A stretch of DNA of 60,000 nt from Vicugna vicugna (lineage: Eukaryota), in the NCBI GenBank assembly GCA_013265495.1, contig MU058059.1:3759502-3819501 (forward strand), in the 5' to 3' direction. A model generated the notes under the pieces. The model had not been told where the DNA came from and made no database searches. It worked only from the letters and a program-made list of their open reading frames with translations. Shown here in pieces: positions 10,100 through 22,164 of this stretch (the stretch's first letter is position 1; each line of letters begins with the position of its first letter). Both the position numbers and the translations under genes were made by a program.

Positions 10100-12862
10100 T
10101 TAAATACAATAGAGATTAACGAGACCATAGGAAAAATCAGCCAAACCAAAAGCTGGTTTTTTGAAAAAATAAATAAAATCGACAAACCTCTGGCCAAACT
10201 CACAAAGAAGAAAAGAGAGAGAGCACAAATTAGCAAAATAAGAAAGGAAAATGGAGAAATTACAACAAACAAAATAGAAATACAGAATATCATACGAGAA
10301 TATTATGAAAAACTATATGGAACCAAACTGGATAACCTAGAGGAGATGGACAAGTTTCTGGAAACATACTGTCCACCAAAACTGAATCAAGAAGAAACTG
10401 AACACTTGAACAATCCGATCACTAGAAAGGAAATAGAAATAGCAATTAAAAACCTCCCTACAAATAAAAGTCCAGGACCGGACGGCTTCACCGGGGAATT
10501 CTACCAAACATACAAAGAAGAACTCATACCAGTCCTTCTCAAACTCTTCCAGACGATTGAAAAGGAGGGAATACTCCCAAACTCATTCTATGAAGCCACC
10601 ATCACCCTGATACCAAAACCAGGCAAAGATACTACAAAAAAAGAGAATTATAGGCCAATATCACTGATGAACATAGACGCCAAAATCCTCACCAAAATTT
10701 TAGCAAATAGAATCCAACAACACATAAAAAAGATTATACATCATGACCAAGTGGGGTTCATCCCAGGGATGCAAGGCTGGTTCAACTTACGCAAATCAAT
10801 CAATGTAATCCATCACATCAATAAGAGAAAGGACAAAAACCACATGATCATCTCAATCGATGCAGAAAAAGCATTTGATAAAATTCAACACCCATTTATG
10901 ATAAAAACTCTCGCCAAAGTGGGTATAGGGGGAACATATCTCAACATAATAAAAGCTATATATGACAAACCTATAGCCAGCATAGTTCTCAACGGTGAAA
11001 AACTCAAAAGCTTCCCACTAAAATCTGGGACAAGACAAGGATGCCCACTATCACCACTCCTATTCAATATAGTCCTGGAAGTCCTAGCCACAGCAATCAG
11101 GCAAGAGAAAGAAATAAAAGGGATCCAAATTGGAAAAGAAGAGGTAAAAGTGTCATTATATGCTGACGACATGTTACTATATATAGAAAACCCTAAAAGG
11201 TCCACAAAAAAGCTACTAGAGCTGATCGAAGAATTCAGCAAGGTAGCAGGTTACAAAATTAATGTTCAAAAATCAGTTGCCTTTCTTTACACTAACGATA
11301 AATCAACAGAAAAAGAAAGTAAAGAAACAATCCCCTTTAAAATAGCACCCAAAGTAATAAAATATCTGGGAATAAATCTAACCAAGGAGGTGAAAGAATT
11401 ATACACAGAAAACTATAAACCATTGATGAAGGAAATTAAAGAAGACTTTAATTTAAAAAATGATATTCCATGCTCTTGGATTGGAAGAATCAATATTGTT
11501 AAAATGGTCACACTGCCCAAGGCAATCTACAGATTTAATGCAATCCCTATCCAATTACCCAGGACATATTTTATTTCACTAGAACAAATCATAATAAAAT
11601 TTATATGGAACCATCAAAGACCTAGAATTGCTAAAGCATTACTGAAGAGAAAGAAAGAGGCTGGAGGAATAACTCTCCCAGACTTCAGACAATACTATAG
11701 AGCTACAGTCATCAAGACAGCATGGTATTGGTACCAAAACAGACATATAGACCAATGGAACAGAATAGAGAGCCCAGAAATGAACCCACAAACTTTTGGT
11801 CAACTCATCTTCGACAAAGGAGGCAAGAATATACAATGGAATAAAGACAGTCTCTTCAGTAAATGGTGTTGGGAAAACTGGACAGCAGCATGTAAAACAA
11901 TGAAGCTAGAACACACCCTTACACCATATACAAAAATCAACTCAAAATGGATTAAAGACTTAAACATAAGACAAGATACAATAAACCTCCTAGAGGAAAA
12001 CATAGGCAAAACATTATCTGACATACATTTCAAAAATTTTCTCCTAGAAGAAATAAAAGCAAGAATAAACAAATGGGACCTAATGAAACTTACAAGCTTC
12101 TGCAGAGCAAAGGAAACCAGAAATAAAACAAGAAGAAAACCTACGGAATGGGAGAAAATTTTTGCAAGTGAAACCGACAAAGGCTTGATCTCCAAAATAT
12201 ATAAGCAGCTCATACGACTCAATAAGAAAAAAATAAACAACCCAATCCAAAAATGGGCAGAAGACCTAAACAAGCAATTCTCCAAGGAAGACATACAAAT
12301 GATCAAAAAGCACATGAAAAAATGTTCAATATCACTAATTATCAGAGAAATGCAAATCAAAACTACAATGAGGTATCACCTCACACCAGTCAGAATGGCC
12401 GTCATTCAAAAATCCAAAAATGACAAATGCTGGAGAGGCTGTGGAGAAAGGGGAACCCTCCTACACTGCTGGTGGGAATGCAGTTTGGTGCAGCCACTAT
12501 GGAAAACAGTGTGGAGATTCCTCAAAAGACTAGGAATAGACTTACCATATGACCCAGGAATCCCACTCCTGGGCTTGTACCCAGAAGGAAATCTACTTCA
12601 GGATGACACCTGCACCCCAATGTTCATAGCAGCACTATTTACAATAGCCAAAACATGGAAACAGCCTAAATGTCCATCAACAGGTGACTGGATAAAGAAG
12701 ATGTGGTATATTTATACAATGGAATACTACTCAGCCATAAAAACCGACAACATAATGCCATTTGCAGCAACATGGATGCTCCTAGAGAATGTCATTCTAA
12801 GTGAAGTAAGCCAGAAAGAGAAAGAAAAATACCATATGAGATCGCTCATATGTGGAATCTAA
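10091..12862 (+). CDS. ORF2: LINE-1 ORF2p, N-terminally truncated (endonuclease missing; RT and C-terminal CCHC intact), 923 aa from the first ATG
   Basis: Translation contains QNIIREYY (PIP-box-like, 10283-10306), [48 protein letters not shown] (11159-11170), KYLGINL and [18 protein letters not shown] (Cx3Cx7Hx4C, 12428-12481). No stops or net frameshifts. The ORF track starts it at TTG 10085. Expression is not shown. Confidence 0.9.
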   Translation: MPFLNTIEINETIGKISQTKSWFFEKINKIDKPLAKLTKKKRERAQISKIRKENGEITTNKIEIQNIIREYYEKLYGTKLDNLEEMDKFLETYCPPKLNQEETEHLNNPITRKEIEIAIKNLPTNKSPGPDGFTGEFYQTYKEELIPVLLKLFQTIEKEGILPNSFYEATITLIPKPGKDTTKKENYRPISLMNIDAKILTKILANRIQQHIKKIIHHDQVGFIPGMQGWFNLRKSINVIHHINKRKDKNHMIISIDAEKAFDKIQHPFMIKTLAKVGIGGTYLNIIKAIYDKPIASIVLNGEKLKSFPLKSGTRQGCPLSPLLFNIVLEVLATAIRQEKEIKGIQIGKEEVKVSLYADDMLLYIENPKRSTKKLLELIEEFSKVAGYKINVQKSVAFLYTNDKSTEKESKETIPFKIAPKVIKYLGINLTKEVKELYTENYKPLMKEIKEDFNLKNDIPCSWIGRINIVKMVTLPKAIYRFNAIPIQLPRTYFISLEQIIIKFIWNHQRPRIAKALLKRKKEAGGITLPDFRQYYRATVIKTAWYWYQNRHIDQWNRIESPEMNPQTFGQLIFDKGGKNIQWNKDSLFSKWCWENWTAACKTMKLEHTLTPYTKINSKWIKDLNIRQDTINLLEENIGKTLSDIHFKNFLLEEIKARINKWDLMKLTSFCRAKETRNKTRRKPTEWEKIFASETDKGLISKIYKQLIRLNKKKINNPIQKWAEDLNKQFSKEDIQMIKKHMKKCSISLIIREMQIKTTMRYHLTPVRMAVIQKSKNDKCWRGCGERGTLLHCWWECSLVQPLWKTVWRFLKRLGIDLPYDPGIPLLGLYPEGNLLQDDTCTPMFIAALFTIAKTWKQPKCPSTGDWIKKMWYIYTMEYYSAIKTDNIMPFAATWMLLENVILSEVSQKEKEKYHMRSLICGI

Positions 12863-13200
12863 AAAACAAAAACAAACAAACAAACAAAAACAAAGCATAA
12901 ATACAGGACAGAAATAGACTCATGGACAGAGAATACAGACTTGTGGTTACCAGGGGGGTAGAGGGTGGGAAGGGATAGACTGGGATTTCAAAATTGTAGA
13001 ATAGATAAACAAGATTACACTGTATAGCACAGGGAAATATACACAAAATGTTATGATAAATCACAGAGAAAAAAATGTGACAATGAGTGTGTATATGTCC
13101 ATGAATGACTGAAAAATTGTGCTGAACACTGGAATTTGACACAACATTGTAAAATGATTATAAATCAATAAAAAATGTTAATAAATAAATAAAGTAAAAA
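10100..13200 (+). mobile_element. Young 5'-truncated LINE-1 (camelid/artiodactyl-type): partial ORF2, 3' UTR, polyA signal and A-rich tail
   Basis: A-rich sense strand with an ORF2 reading frame open to the stop at 12860-12862. 3' UTR ~12863-13172 has a G-rich patch (~12953-12984), AATAAA at 13167-13172 and an (AATA)n/A tail to 13200. Flanked by identical direct repeats AAAATGCCTTTT. Confidence 0.97.
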
Positions 13201-13212
13201 AAAATGCCTTTT
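13201..13212 (+). repeat. Right target-site duplication of the young L1 (AAAATGCCTTTT)
   Basis: Identical to 10088-10099 and directly follows the A-rich tail. Confidence 0.92.
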
Positions 13213-13273
13213 GCCATCACTAGTAAAAACACTTCCTAATGAACAGAGGAAACATTAATTTATATATTCTCCA

Positions 13274-13330
13274 CATGTATGCATATATATATAATACATA
13301 TGTATTATAAATATGCATGTATATGTGTAT
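13274..13330. repeat. (TA)/(TATG) low-complexity tract
   Basis: Directly visible. Confidence 0.7.
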
Positions 13331-15989
13331 CTCTTCCTTTGGAAAGTGGAAAACTATTACTTTCAGGTTACTCTTATGACTTTAAAAAATTCTCCAAATT
13401 AAAGTGTCGTAGCCTCCAGATATATTTAAATGATTCATGAAGATCTGTTTTAAACAAAATTTACTAGGCTGCTGACCATTGTTCATACTTAAAAGGCAAA
13501 ATGTAACTCGATTAGAATAATTTTTTTAAATCTAACTGTTCAGAACTGAACTTTTAAAATGAGCTTCCTATTTTTATCTTTCAATGCAGAATTTTGAAGA
13601 TTTTTAACCGGCCGGTGATTTTTTTTTAGAATACTGTGAAGTATTAACACGGGCAAAATCTTATCACAGTGGATACTAATCATCAAAGTTTTCCCTGCAC
13701 TATTTTCATATATCCCTAGGAATTCTACAGTAATGGACATGCATACGTTTGGTCCTTTCTTAGTTTCTGTGTGTTCGATAGTCATCCAGAAATAATTTAA
13801 TGTTCTTTTGTTGCCACTTCTGACTCTTACTAGCATGTGACCTTAGCAGCTCACTCAGCCTTCCTAGTTATCAAAGGATGACGGGTAAAACCAAGACAGG
13901 ACCCAAACAGAATTAATTATTTTGTGTTTGCTCTGAAGTAAAACTACTCTTCAAATTCTCCAGTGTGTCAGTCACATCACCCATCAGAGAACACGCATTA
14001 ACTCTAAAGCCACTTACAACACCTGAAACAAATGGGGAACAATCCCAATATTTAAAGCAGTCAATCTGTTCAGTTCTTTTCACTGGAGGGTTTTAAGTCC
14101 TACTTTTTACTTCCTGTTTCTAACACGTGTTAATTGAGTGTGTGATGGGTGGCTTCTAGTAAACAGTATAAGGCACGGAGGGAAAACAGTGAACAGAAGC
14201 ACCCTGGACAGAACAAACCAGTGCGGTTACCTATGAAGTTCCTGTAACTGGAGTTTCCTTCGACACCTGTTTTCAACAGAAAAGTGCCATGTCTCAGGGA
14301 TGGAGATTAAAACTGTCCTGCAAAGTGGCATTCCTCCTCCTCCTCAAAAAGGTAGCTGTAGAAATAACAATTAAAATCATCTCAGGAGCCTAGCAGTAAG
14401 GTTGGCTCTGGAAGACTGTGCCGTCTCACACACACACACAACCTGTCGGGGCTTTCCAGGGGCGGTAGGTCAGTGGCTCTCGGCACCCATTAATTACATT
14501 GGGAGTCATGTAGTCAGTAGAATCTGTCGTCCTCCACTGAAACGGAATCTTTCAAAATCTGAGATACAGTGAAACGATTTTTACTGGTGCTGCATAAATA
14601 TCTAAGTGGTTTTTGTATTAATTTAACATTGTTCTGCTTCACGATTTCCTTGTGTAAATGTAGGAATTTTTTCAAGGTCTAAGATATTTTCCTGTAATTT
14701 TACATTTATAATAGCTGAGAAGATTCATTTTTTGTTGTAGAATACCTTCCACAACCATGTCCTCAAACAAATGTTACAGCTAAATTGTAAATCAACTAAA
14801 AACGCTCATGTCGGAAGTGTAATATGAGCAGACATGACAAGTGTGGGGACTGCTCGGAGGTCAGGGTGTAGCCCCGACAACGAGAAGGCAGTCAGTAGAA
14901 GCTGCACGAGGTTTCAGAAATAGGCCCACAAAGTGTCCTTAGTAAGAAGAGAGAGGGAGGTGCTGTTGAGTCTTAGAGTTTATTTTCAGAAAAGCAAAAG
15001 AAACCTAGGAGATCACTTTAGAAGAGAAAGAAAAGGAGCCACAATGTCCCAGCCTAGCGGAGCTGACCCTCAGAAAGTCTTGAGTCAGGAAGGAAATGGG
15101 GTCGTTGGATTTTGTTGCCACTTCTGATTCTTTGGAGCATGTGACCCTGGAGAGTCCCTTAACCTTCCTGTAAATGAGAGAGCCGGACTCCTTGTGGCTG
15201 CAGAGTCCTACCACCCGTGACTCTGCTGCCAAGTCCACACGAGTGCACGAGACCATGCTGTCCTGGAGGCCAGAGCTGCACGGGTTGGTGTGGTCCTGCA
15301 GGAGGACAGTGCTGGCCTGGTCTGAGCAGGGTCCTATCAGGTGCAGTCCTGGCCTTCTCTGACGGGGATGTGACCCGGGGGAGTCCTGTGATCTGTGCTT
15401 CCACGGCCTGGTCTGTGATGGGGCAGTAGTGCTGCCACCACCATTTGGGTTGGAATGATTGAATACCATCTCAGGAAACACCCTCATCAGAGGGTCTGGC
15501 ACATAGTAAGTGACTGCTGCCCAGACGGGGAGCAGCTTCTGGCCTTAGAGGGGCCTCTCAGCTCTGCCATCAGGCCTGACCTGGGCAATGACCTGGGCTC
15601 CTGATCTCCTGTCAACTCACCCGGTTTCCTGGAGTTGCTCCGGGCCCCACCCCACCGTGTTAAGATGACTGTGCCGTCACCTGGTCCTGCAGCTGCAGAA
15701 GGCAGGCCGTGGTGCCTCCTCCTGTGCCACCTCTGCAGGGAGCCGGGGCTCCAGGAAGTGGGAAGAGGGGAAGGACCAGGGTGAGTGGGCGGGGAGGGCT
15801 TGGCTGGGGTGTGTCGGGAAGGGGGCGGGAGGGCAGGTGTGTGCAGAATGGGCACAGAGAAATCCAGGTGTCACTGGAACCCAGTGTAAAGGGAGACCTG
15901 AGGGTGGGGTGATGTGTGGGCAGAAACAACGAGAAAGAAGGGCTTGTGAAGGCTGATGTGTGGCCCCTAACAGTGAGCCAGACGCCTGG

Positions 15990-16337
15990 CAGCTTGCTTG
16001 GTCAGCGGGCTTTCTGGGGCTCATAAACACCAGCAGCTGGTTCCCATAGTCCAGGGGTTGAAGTCGGGGCTCAGGTGCCAGCCTGGCTGCGTCCTGGTGA
16101 CAGCCTCTCCCAGGTTGCAGACGCTGGTATCTCCTGTGTCCTCACCCGGTGGGGTACAGAGCGGGGAGGCACAGTCCCCTGGGACCCTTCTGAGGGCACT
16201 GATCCCACCGGGAGAGCCCCACCCTTGTGACCTCGTCTAACCCTGGTCTCCCCCGCAGAGGCCCCACCTCCTAAATACATCACATTGAGGGCTCTCTGCG
16301 TGTGAATTTAGGGGGCACAAATGCTGAGTCCATCACG
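15990..16337 (-). mobile_element. MaLR solo LTR, MLT1A-like
   Basis: CTGTGTCCTCAC...AGGGCACTGATCCCA...CCCCACCCTTGTGACCTCGTCTAACCC...AGGCCCCACCTCCTAAATACATCACATTG...GAATTTAGGGGGCACAAATGCTGAGTCCATCAC follows the reverse complement of the MLT1A consensus. Confidence 0.8.
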
Positions 16338-17109
16338 GGAGTGCAGGGAGGAGGGCACTAATGTTTCCTTTACTCCAGCCAGCCGTGCCCTTAGGTGGCA
16401 ACCCACCGAACATGCCCCTCCAGCCTTAACCACAGACATGGACTTGGACGTCTGCAGAAAACATCAAAACTGTTCTCTCCAGAGTCCCTAATCTCAGTTT
16501 TAATTGTACATCTATACCCCTGAGGCTCTCTCTTTTTTTAAATTACAGTTTACTGAAGTGGGTTACAGGTGATGGAAATACCAGTGGTCTGTGGGCAGCA
16601 GGGCGCATGGTCCTTTCCTCAGATCCTCCTGCACATTGGGCGGGGGCTGGCTTTCACCCCACCGTCCCTGGGGCTTGAGCTGCTCATTCCTGCTGGAAGC
16701 CCCGAAGTTAGGGTTACATTCAAAACCATAACTTTTCTTTGTTCTGGGTTGATGAGAGGAACCAAAAGATTAAAGTTCTAGAACATTTAAATAATTTCCC
16801 CTCTTTTTCAGAAGGCTGGTCGTTCCTTCTTACCCTGGGAGTGTCTGCTTTCTTGATGAGTCCACTGTGAGCAGAGCTGATTCTGTATGCTGCGTGTTGA
16901 TTCACACAGCAAAGGGCTTGGGGTTACCTGTGAATCCGAGGTTTCCTCACCTGCTCTCTACCTTTCTCAACCTAAGAATAATCCAGATAGTTCTTGGAGC
17001 TGAGCCACCACAGCCGGTTTGTCCCCAGGGAGCTCTCTCACGTCCTGGCCATGGCTGGCTGAGGGGTACAGGGTCCCCTTCCCCTGTGCAGAGAAGCCAC
17101 GACCCCACA

Positions 17110-17510
17110 CCACTCACTGACTACAACTCAGAACTCTGGGAAACCTACCAAAACAACTACCTGAGGGCTCTGAAAAATAAGCAAAGTAGGCCGACTGTGG
17201 AATGGACTCAGACTTGGAGAGGGGATCCCATACACCTACGGGTCCTGTCCTGGGATGCCGAGAACTTTAGTAGACACTCCATCCTGCTTATCAGGAACCA
17301 GGGGAAGGGTGCAGAGAATCCCAGAGCGTTCCCCTAATTCTGCATGTAAATCCACACAGATTCTGGCTTAATCCCTGAACCACCATGCCAGGGGCAGACC
17401 CAGAGCAACATAATGGGTGTGCCAGTGTCCTGGGGCTGCTTTGAAAATCACCACAAATGTGGCGCCTGAAACTGACAGAAGTGGATTCTCTCCCAGCTCT
17501 GGAATCCATT
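17110..17510 (+). mobile_element. Ancient L1M 5'-end (5' UTR) fragment
   Basis: CAAAACAACTACCTGAGGGCTCTGAAAAATAAGCAAAGTAGGCCGACTGTGG and CTAATTCTGCATGTAAATCCACACAGATTCTGGCTTAATCCCTGAACC resemble L1ME/L1MC-type 5' ends as recalled. Confidence 0.45.
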
Positions 17511-17548
17511 CTGGAGCCAGAGGTCTTAGGTCATTTTTATTATTTGTT

Positions 17549-18112
17549 AATTGGACTTCATCAAAATTTAAAATTTTTTTGCTTTTTTGAAGATACCGTA
17601 AGAATGTGTAAAAGCAAGCCTCCGACTGGGAGAAAACACTGAAGAATTTGTATAGAGACTACATTACGAACTCTTACAGCTTGATTCCAAACAACCCAAC
17701 AGAAAAATGGGGCCCAGATTAGGACACTAACAAAAGAAGGTACACAGATGTCTGACAAGCACATGAAGTGACGTTCCAAGTAGTTTGTATCAGGGAAAGG
17801 CGAATGAAACGTACAAGATACACCCACTCTCGTCTGGCTGTGGTTAAAAGCAGTGACCACACCGAGTGTCAGTGAGGAGGTGGAGCTGGTGGGGATGCAG
17901 AATGGTGCAGTGCTTTGGGAAACATGCTGGCAATTCCTTTAAAAGTTAAACGTACACCCACTCTATGACCCAGCCCAGCCTTTCCCCTTCTAAGTCAAGT
18001 TACTGCAGAGAAACAGAAATAAATGTCCCGGACGTGAATGTTTACTGCAGCTTTGTTTGAAGTAGCCCAAGCAGGAAACAACCCAAATGTTCATTGTAAG
18101 AGTAAATGAGAA
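17549..18112 (+). mobile_element. Ancient L1 (L1MD/ME-like) 3' ORF2 fragment
   Basis: AATTGGACTTCATCAAAATTTAAAATTTTT, GACTGGGAGAAAA, AAGCACATGAAG, AAAGTTAAACGTACACCCACTCTATGACCCAGC and GGAAACAACCCAAATGTTCA are collinear with the 3' part of the young L1 ORF2. Confidence 0.85.
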
Positions 18113-19799
18113 TTATTTTCTCCATGGATGAAGGGTGAAAGGACCATTTTCTCTTTCTCTTCTCAGAGTGCTTCCTGGGAGACACAGTGAGTCTGCACCC
18201 TTGCTCTGATTGGAGCAGAGGTCGGTCTCTCCGGAGCGAGGGAGCAAGCCCGTCTCCAGTGGGACGAGACTGAGTAGACAGACTCAGGAATTCGCTCCAG
18301 GCTGCCCACAGGAAGTGTGGTAGGTAAGAAGTGTGGTTTAGTCTCTGGAAGATAAGAGAAATTATTGTTCTTTTGTTTCCTTTGCTGCATAAAATGTCAG
18401 GTTTCCCCCTAACTTTTCAGTCATTTTCGGGCCGCCTTTCGTGCACGTAAATCTGTTAGTGCTCCACAGGGAAGCGTGTTCTCCAGTCTTGCGACTGTAC
18501 AGGCGCCTTCCTTCCGGCCTGTTGCTTTACTTCCCCACCCCCACCCCACCTGCAGGTGCCTGGATAGGCAGACGGCTGTCTGTCCAGACCGTGGATCACA
18601 CTCAGCACAGGAAAAGAGGGAATTACTGATTCACGTGACAGCATGAATGACTTTCAGCAAGTCATGCTGGGGCCCAGGATGTGCCCAGTCCCTCCGACAC
18701 CGACTTCTGGCTCTCATTTCGGCCTCAGTTGTCTTGATATTCCCTGAAGCTGAGCTCTTGGACCAGAAACAGCCATATGTTTTCCCTCAGTTCCTTATCT
18801 TATCTTCAGACAATTTTTTAGAGGCAACGTGGAATTCGTTCTTGGGGGAGGGGAGCAGTTGGACCTCAGTCTCATCACTTGAGAAACATCTATAAAAATA
18901 CACAGGGCTCTGACTCAGCCACGTGCCAGTGACCTGAGGACAGAGTCTCAAGTCTGGCTGCAAGCAGGTGCCGACCTGGGAGCACCCCCACCATCGTTCG
19001 GGGGCTCCCTGAACACCCACGGGAACTGTGCTATAATTGATCTGAGATGGAGCTGGGAATCTATGTTTTCCTGAGGGGTCCAGTTATTCTATGCAGCAGA
19101 GTGTGGGCACCAGGGCTCTAAGGGTGCCATCATTGACTGAAAACCCCATTTTTTCAGCCCCTCCCCTTCATCCTTATCAGCAGGCTGATGCCTGGAAGCC
19201 CCTCAGGGGAGCCAGTGGCAGCTGGCACACAAGTGTCAAAGGCCACCGACCAGCTTCTGCCATTATTTTTGCACTTTGCTTTTCTTTCCTTTAACTAAGT
19301 CTTCGAAATCTATTAAAATGCAGAGTTGCTGAGGCAGGTAACAGTGAGTTAGAGATGGCTCCCAATTCTCCACCTTCCTCCCCACGGAGAGCTGAGGTCT
19401 CTGTTGCCTCTGCTCTGAGTTTCGGAAGAACAGACTGCAGCAGAGATGTGCAGGTCTTAGGAAACTGGCTGCTTCCCCTTCCCGTCCCTTCCTGTCTCTA
19501 AGGACACTTGCTTTGGGGACGGGGAGGCCATGCTGTGAGGAAGCCCCAGAGCCCGTGGAGAGGGCCAAATGGAGCCAGGGCGGGGGGCACCAGCCAATGG
19601 TGAGCTCGGGAGTGGGTCGTCATCCAGGTGCTTCCAGTCCACCAGGCTGATGCCTCGTAGGTCTGGGTGAGCTGTCCCTGCACAGTGCAAACTCAGGATC
19701 CAGATCCATGACTGATGTTTTGAGCTGGTTGGCTTTGCAGAAATGGATCTCTAGGAGGGGGCACACTCAAGTTGTCAGTTGTTTAAGACAAGCTCCCTC

Positions 19800-19910
19800 T
19801 CGTCTCTGCTCTGCCACTGAGTAGCGAGCGGTGTGACCTGGGACAAGCAGCCGGTCTTCATAGACCTCAGTTTTATGCATCATGAACTTGAGTGAAACTG
19901 GACTAAACAA
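19800..19910 (+). mobile_element. MIR SINE
   Basis: GCTCTGCCACTGAGTAGC...GTGTGACCTGGGACAAG...CCTCAGTTTT. Confidence 0.65.
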
Positions 19911-20109
19911 GCAAGAGGCTTAAGATTCAATGAATTTGTGAAACTTTGTGATTTGAATTTTCATCTGAATGAAGGGTGGGGGAGCAAGTTTTGGTGGGAG
20001 GTGGAGAGAGTGGAAATCTTCCCTGACAGCATCCCCTCCCCTCTGAAGTAAGTGGGGCCCTGACTCTTCCCCAGCACACACGTGCACTGCAGGGTTACTG
20101 CAGTCTGTT

Positions 20110-20235
20110 ACAATGGCCTGTTTACCTTCCTCCCGAGTAAAGACCATAATCTGTTCTACTTTACATCTCTAATACTTAGCGCCTAGCTTGGCAGGCAGTA
20201 GGTCCTTGATAAATATTTGCTGAATGATAAATGGG
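20110..20235 (+). mobile_element. LINE-2 3' end
   Basis: CTTGGCAGGCAGTAGGTCCTTGATAAATATTTGCTGAATGATAAATG resembles the L2 terminus. Confidence 0.7.
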
Positions 20236-21576
20236 TCTAGGGTAGATGGATGGAGGCTGAAAGCAGACGGATGGAGTGAAAACCATTCATGAAAAAGGGG
20301 CTGTAATTTCCAGCTCAGTGATTCTCAAGGAAGGATATAGTCAGGCAGCACCTACAACTCCTATGGGTTTTCCATCACAAAGTGTGTTTTGGTATTTAAT
20401 CAACCTTAAAAGAGTGTATGAGATATTGAGTCCTCTACTGGAAGCATGTGTTGTAAAGAAGCTGGGATACCATGTTCTGGCTTCTTGGGCTCTGCCTGGG
20501 GCTGGTCCTGCTTCGCTGCCCCCTCCTTCTCACTTGGAGACCAGAGTGTCATCTCAGAGGTGAATCTCAGAATATCAGAAGGAAACTCAGTGCACTCTGT
20601 CTCATTTACCAAACTGCCTTAAACACTCCCAGACAGACCCTGGGGGGCTCGGCTTGGAACCAGTTTAATTCTTCTAGTTAGTGCCCTTGAGGACGTCAGA
20701 AGGTGAGTCTGCCTGGTCTGCGAGGAGCCACAGAATAAGGCTGGATTTAGGTGATACTGTTGTCCTGAAGTGGAGGAAACAAAGTCACCCCCACCCCATC
20801 CCATCAGGACTGTCCAGGTCAAATGCACTCAGTAGTCAGGGACTGCCTGTCCTGAGACTGAAAGGTGCAGCCACGCCAGGTATGATTAAACACTTGCCCT
20901 CAGATGCTTTTCAGAATTTATCCATAACAGCAACATATGGTTTGTGTCCTGCTGGGACTTTAAGGTTACTGCATTGAGAAGGAAGGGAGGATTTTTCTCT
21001 TGAAATTTCTCACTTGCTTGAGCTGTGCGGTTTTCAACAGGAAGAACTGACCTTCCAAATACCTTCTGTGATGCCAGCGTGTTCCTCTGTGTCTTTCCTT
21101 ACATGTTAAGGAGCTCAAGAGTTTAAGACTATGTGTAATTTGATAGTTTCTTTCCAGTTTGTCCAAAGAAGTCTGCCCCTTTTCTCTGATGTGGACTTTT
21201 ATTTTAGACTTATTAAGGCACTGAAAACACTCTTCCCTTCTGAGTACTGAGATGAACAAATGCATGTTCTTTCCCTGGTCTTTTGTTCTGGACCCAAAGC
21301 ATTTCAGACCATTGGGTGTAAGGTATTTCTCATCTGTCTGTGTTGAATATTCCTTCTTCAAACTATGCTCTTTCATCTTTGCTGAAAATACAAGCTAATC
21401 TATTTATGTGAGTTATAAATACACATCAGTGTCTATGATAAAAGAAAAAAAAACAGGAGGAATCCAGGTGAGCTGGGGGGCAGAGGGAGAAAAGTACAGT
21501 AAATGGAGAAGTGGGAGTAAAGGTGACCCCAGATTGAGACACAGAAATATGGACCGAGTGAGATGGGGCAAGGAAT

Positions 21577-22000
21577 GTGTATCAGTCAGGGCAGGATAGG
21601 TTATGCTGTGGTAACAAGCATTCTGCTGATCTCAGAGCCTTCAAACCAGAGAATTTTACCTCTCATTCAGAGAAATCCCCTGAGGTCTGGGTGACCTTCC
21701 TGAGCAGCTGCCCCTTATGTCACATTTCATCAGACGATGCAAGACCAAGGCCCAATTTCAACTATGTGGGCTGTCAGTGAACAAAAGTAATCATTGCCCC
21801 AGAATAGAAGGGGGAGTGCTTAGGAAGCAAAGAGAGGCTGCAAACCTGAGTGGGGCCACTCAGGAGCACTTTGGGGTGCAGAGTCCAGATTTGGGGATGT
21901 AAGGTCTCGGGGGGCCTTTGGGGGGTAACAGATGTCACCCTTGTTCCCACCCACTTTCTGATCCAACTGAGAAGGGAGGCAGGAGGTTCTGCTGGAAGGC
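21577..22000 (-). mobile_element. Old MaLR LTR (MLT1J/K/L-like)
   Basis: TGTATCAGTCAGGGCAGGATAGGTTATGCTGTGGTAACAAGCATTCTGCTGATCTCAGAGCCTTCAAACCAGAGAATTTTACCTCTCATTCA. The right boundary is uncertain. Confidence 0.65.
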
Positions 22001-22164
22001 CACCTTGGTTCCTGACAAAGATGACTTCCCACCAGGACAAGCAGATGTGTCACACTAATGGAGGAAAACTCCAGGAGGAACAGGGGCAACCCTTCTCCCC
22101 GAGGGGACACGGGAGGAGGCAGCCGGCTCCTCTAGAGGCCGCTGCACCCAGTGTCAGGGTGGCT

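Noticed and set aside
9784..13142. Minus-strand ORFs over the L1 (9784-10293, 10885-11241, 11800-12360, 12846-13142)
   Set aside because: Phe/Ile/Leu/Ser-rich antisense ORFs are an expected by-product of the A-rich L1 coding strand. There is no independent evidence of coding.
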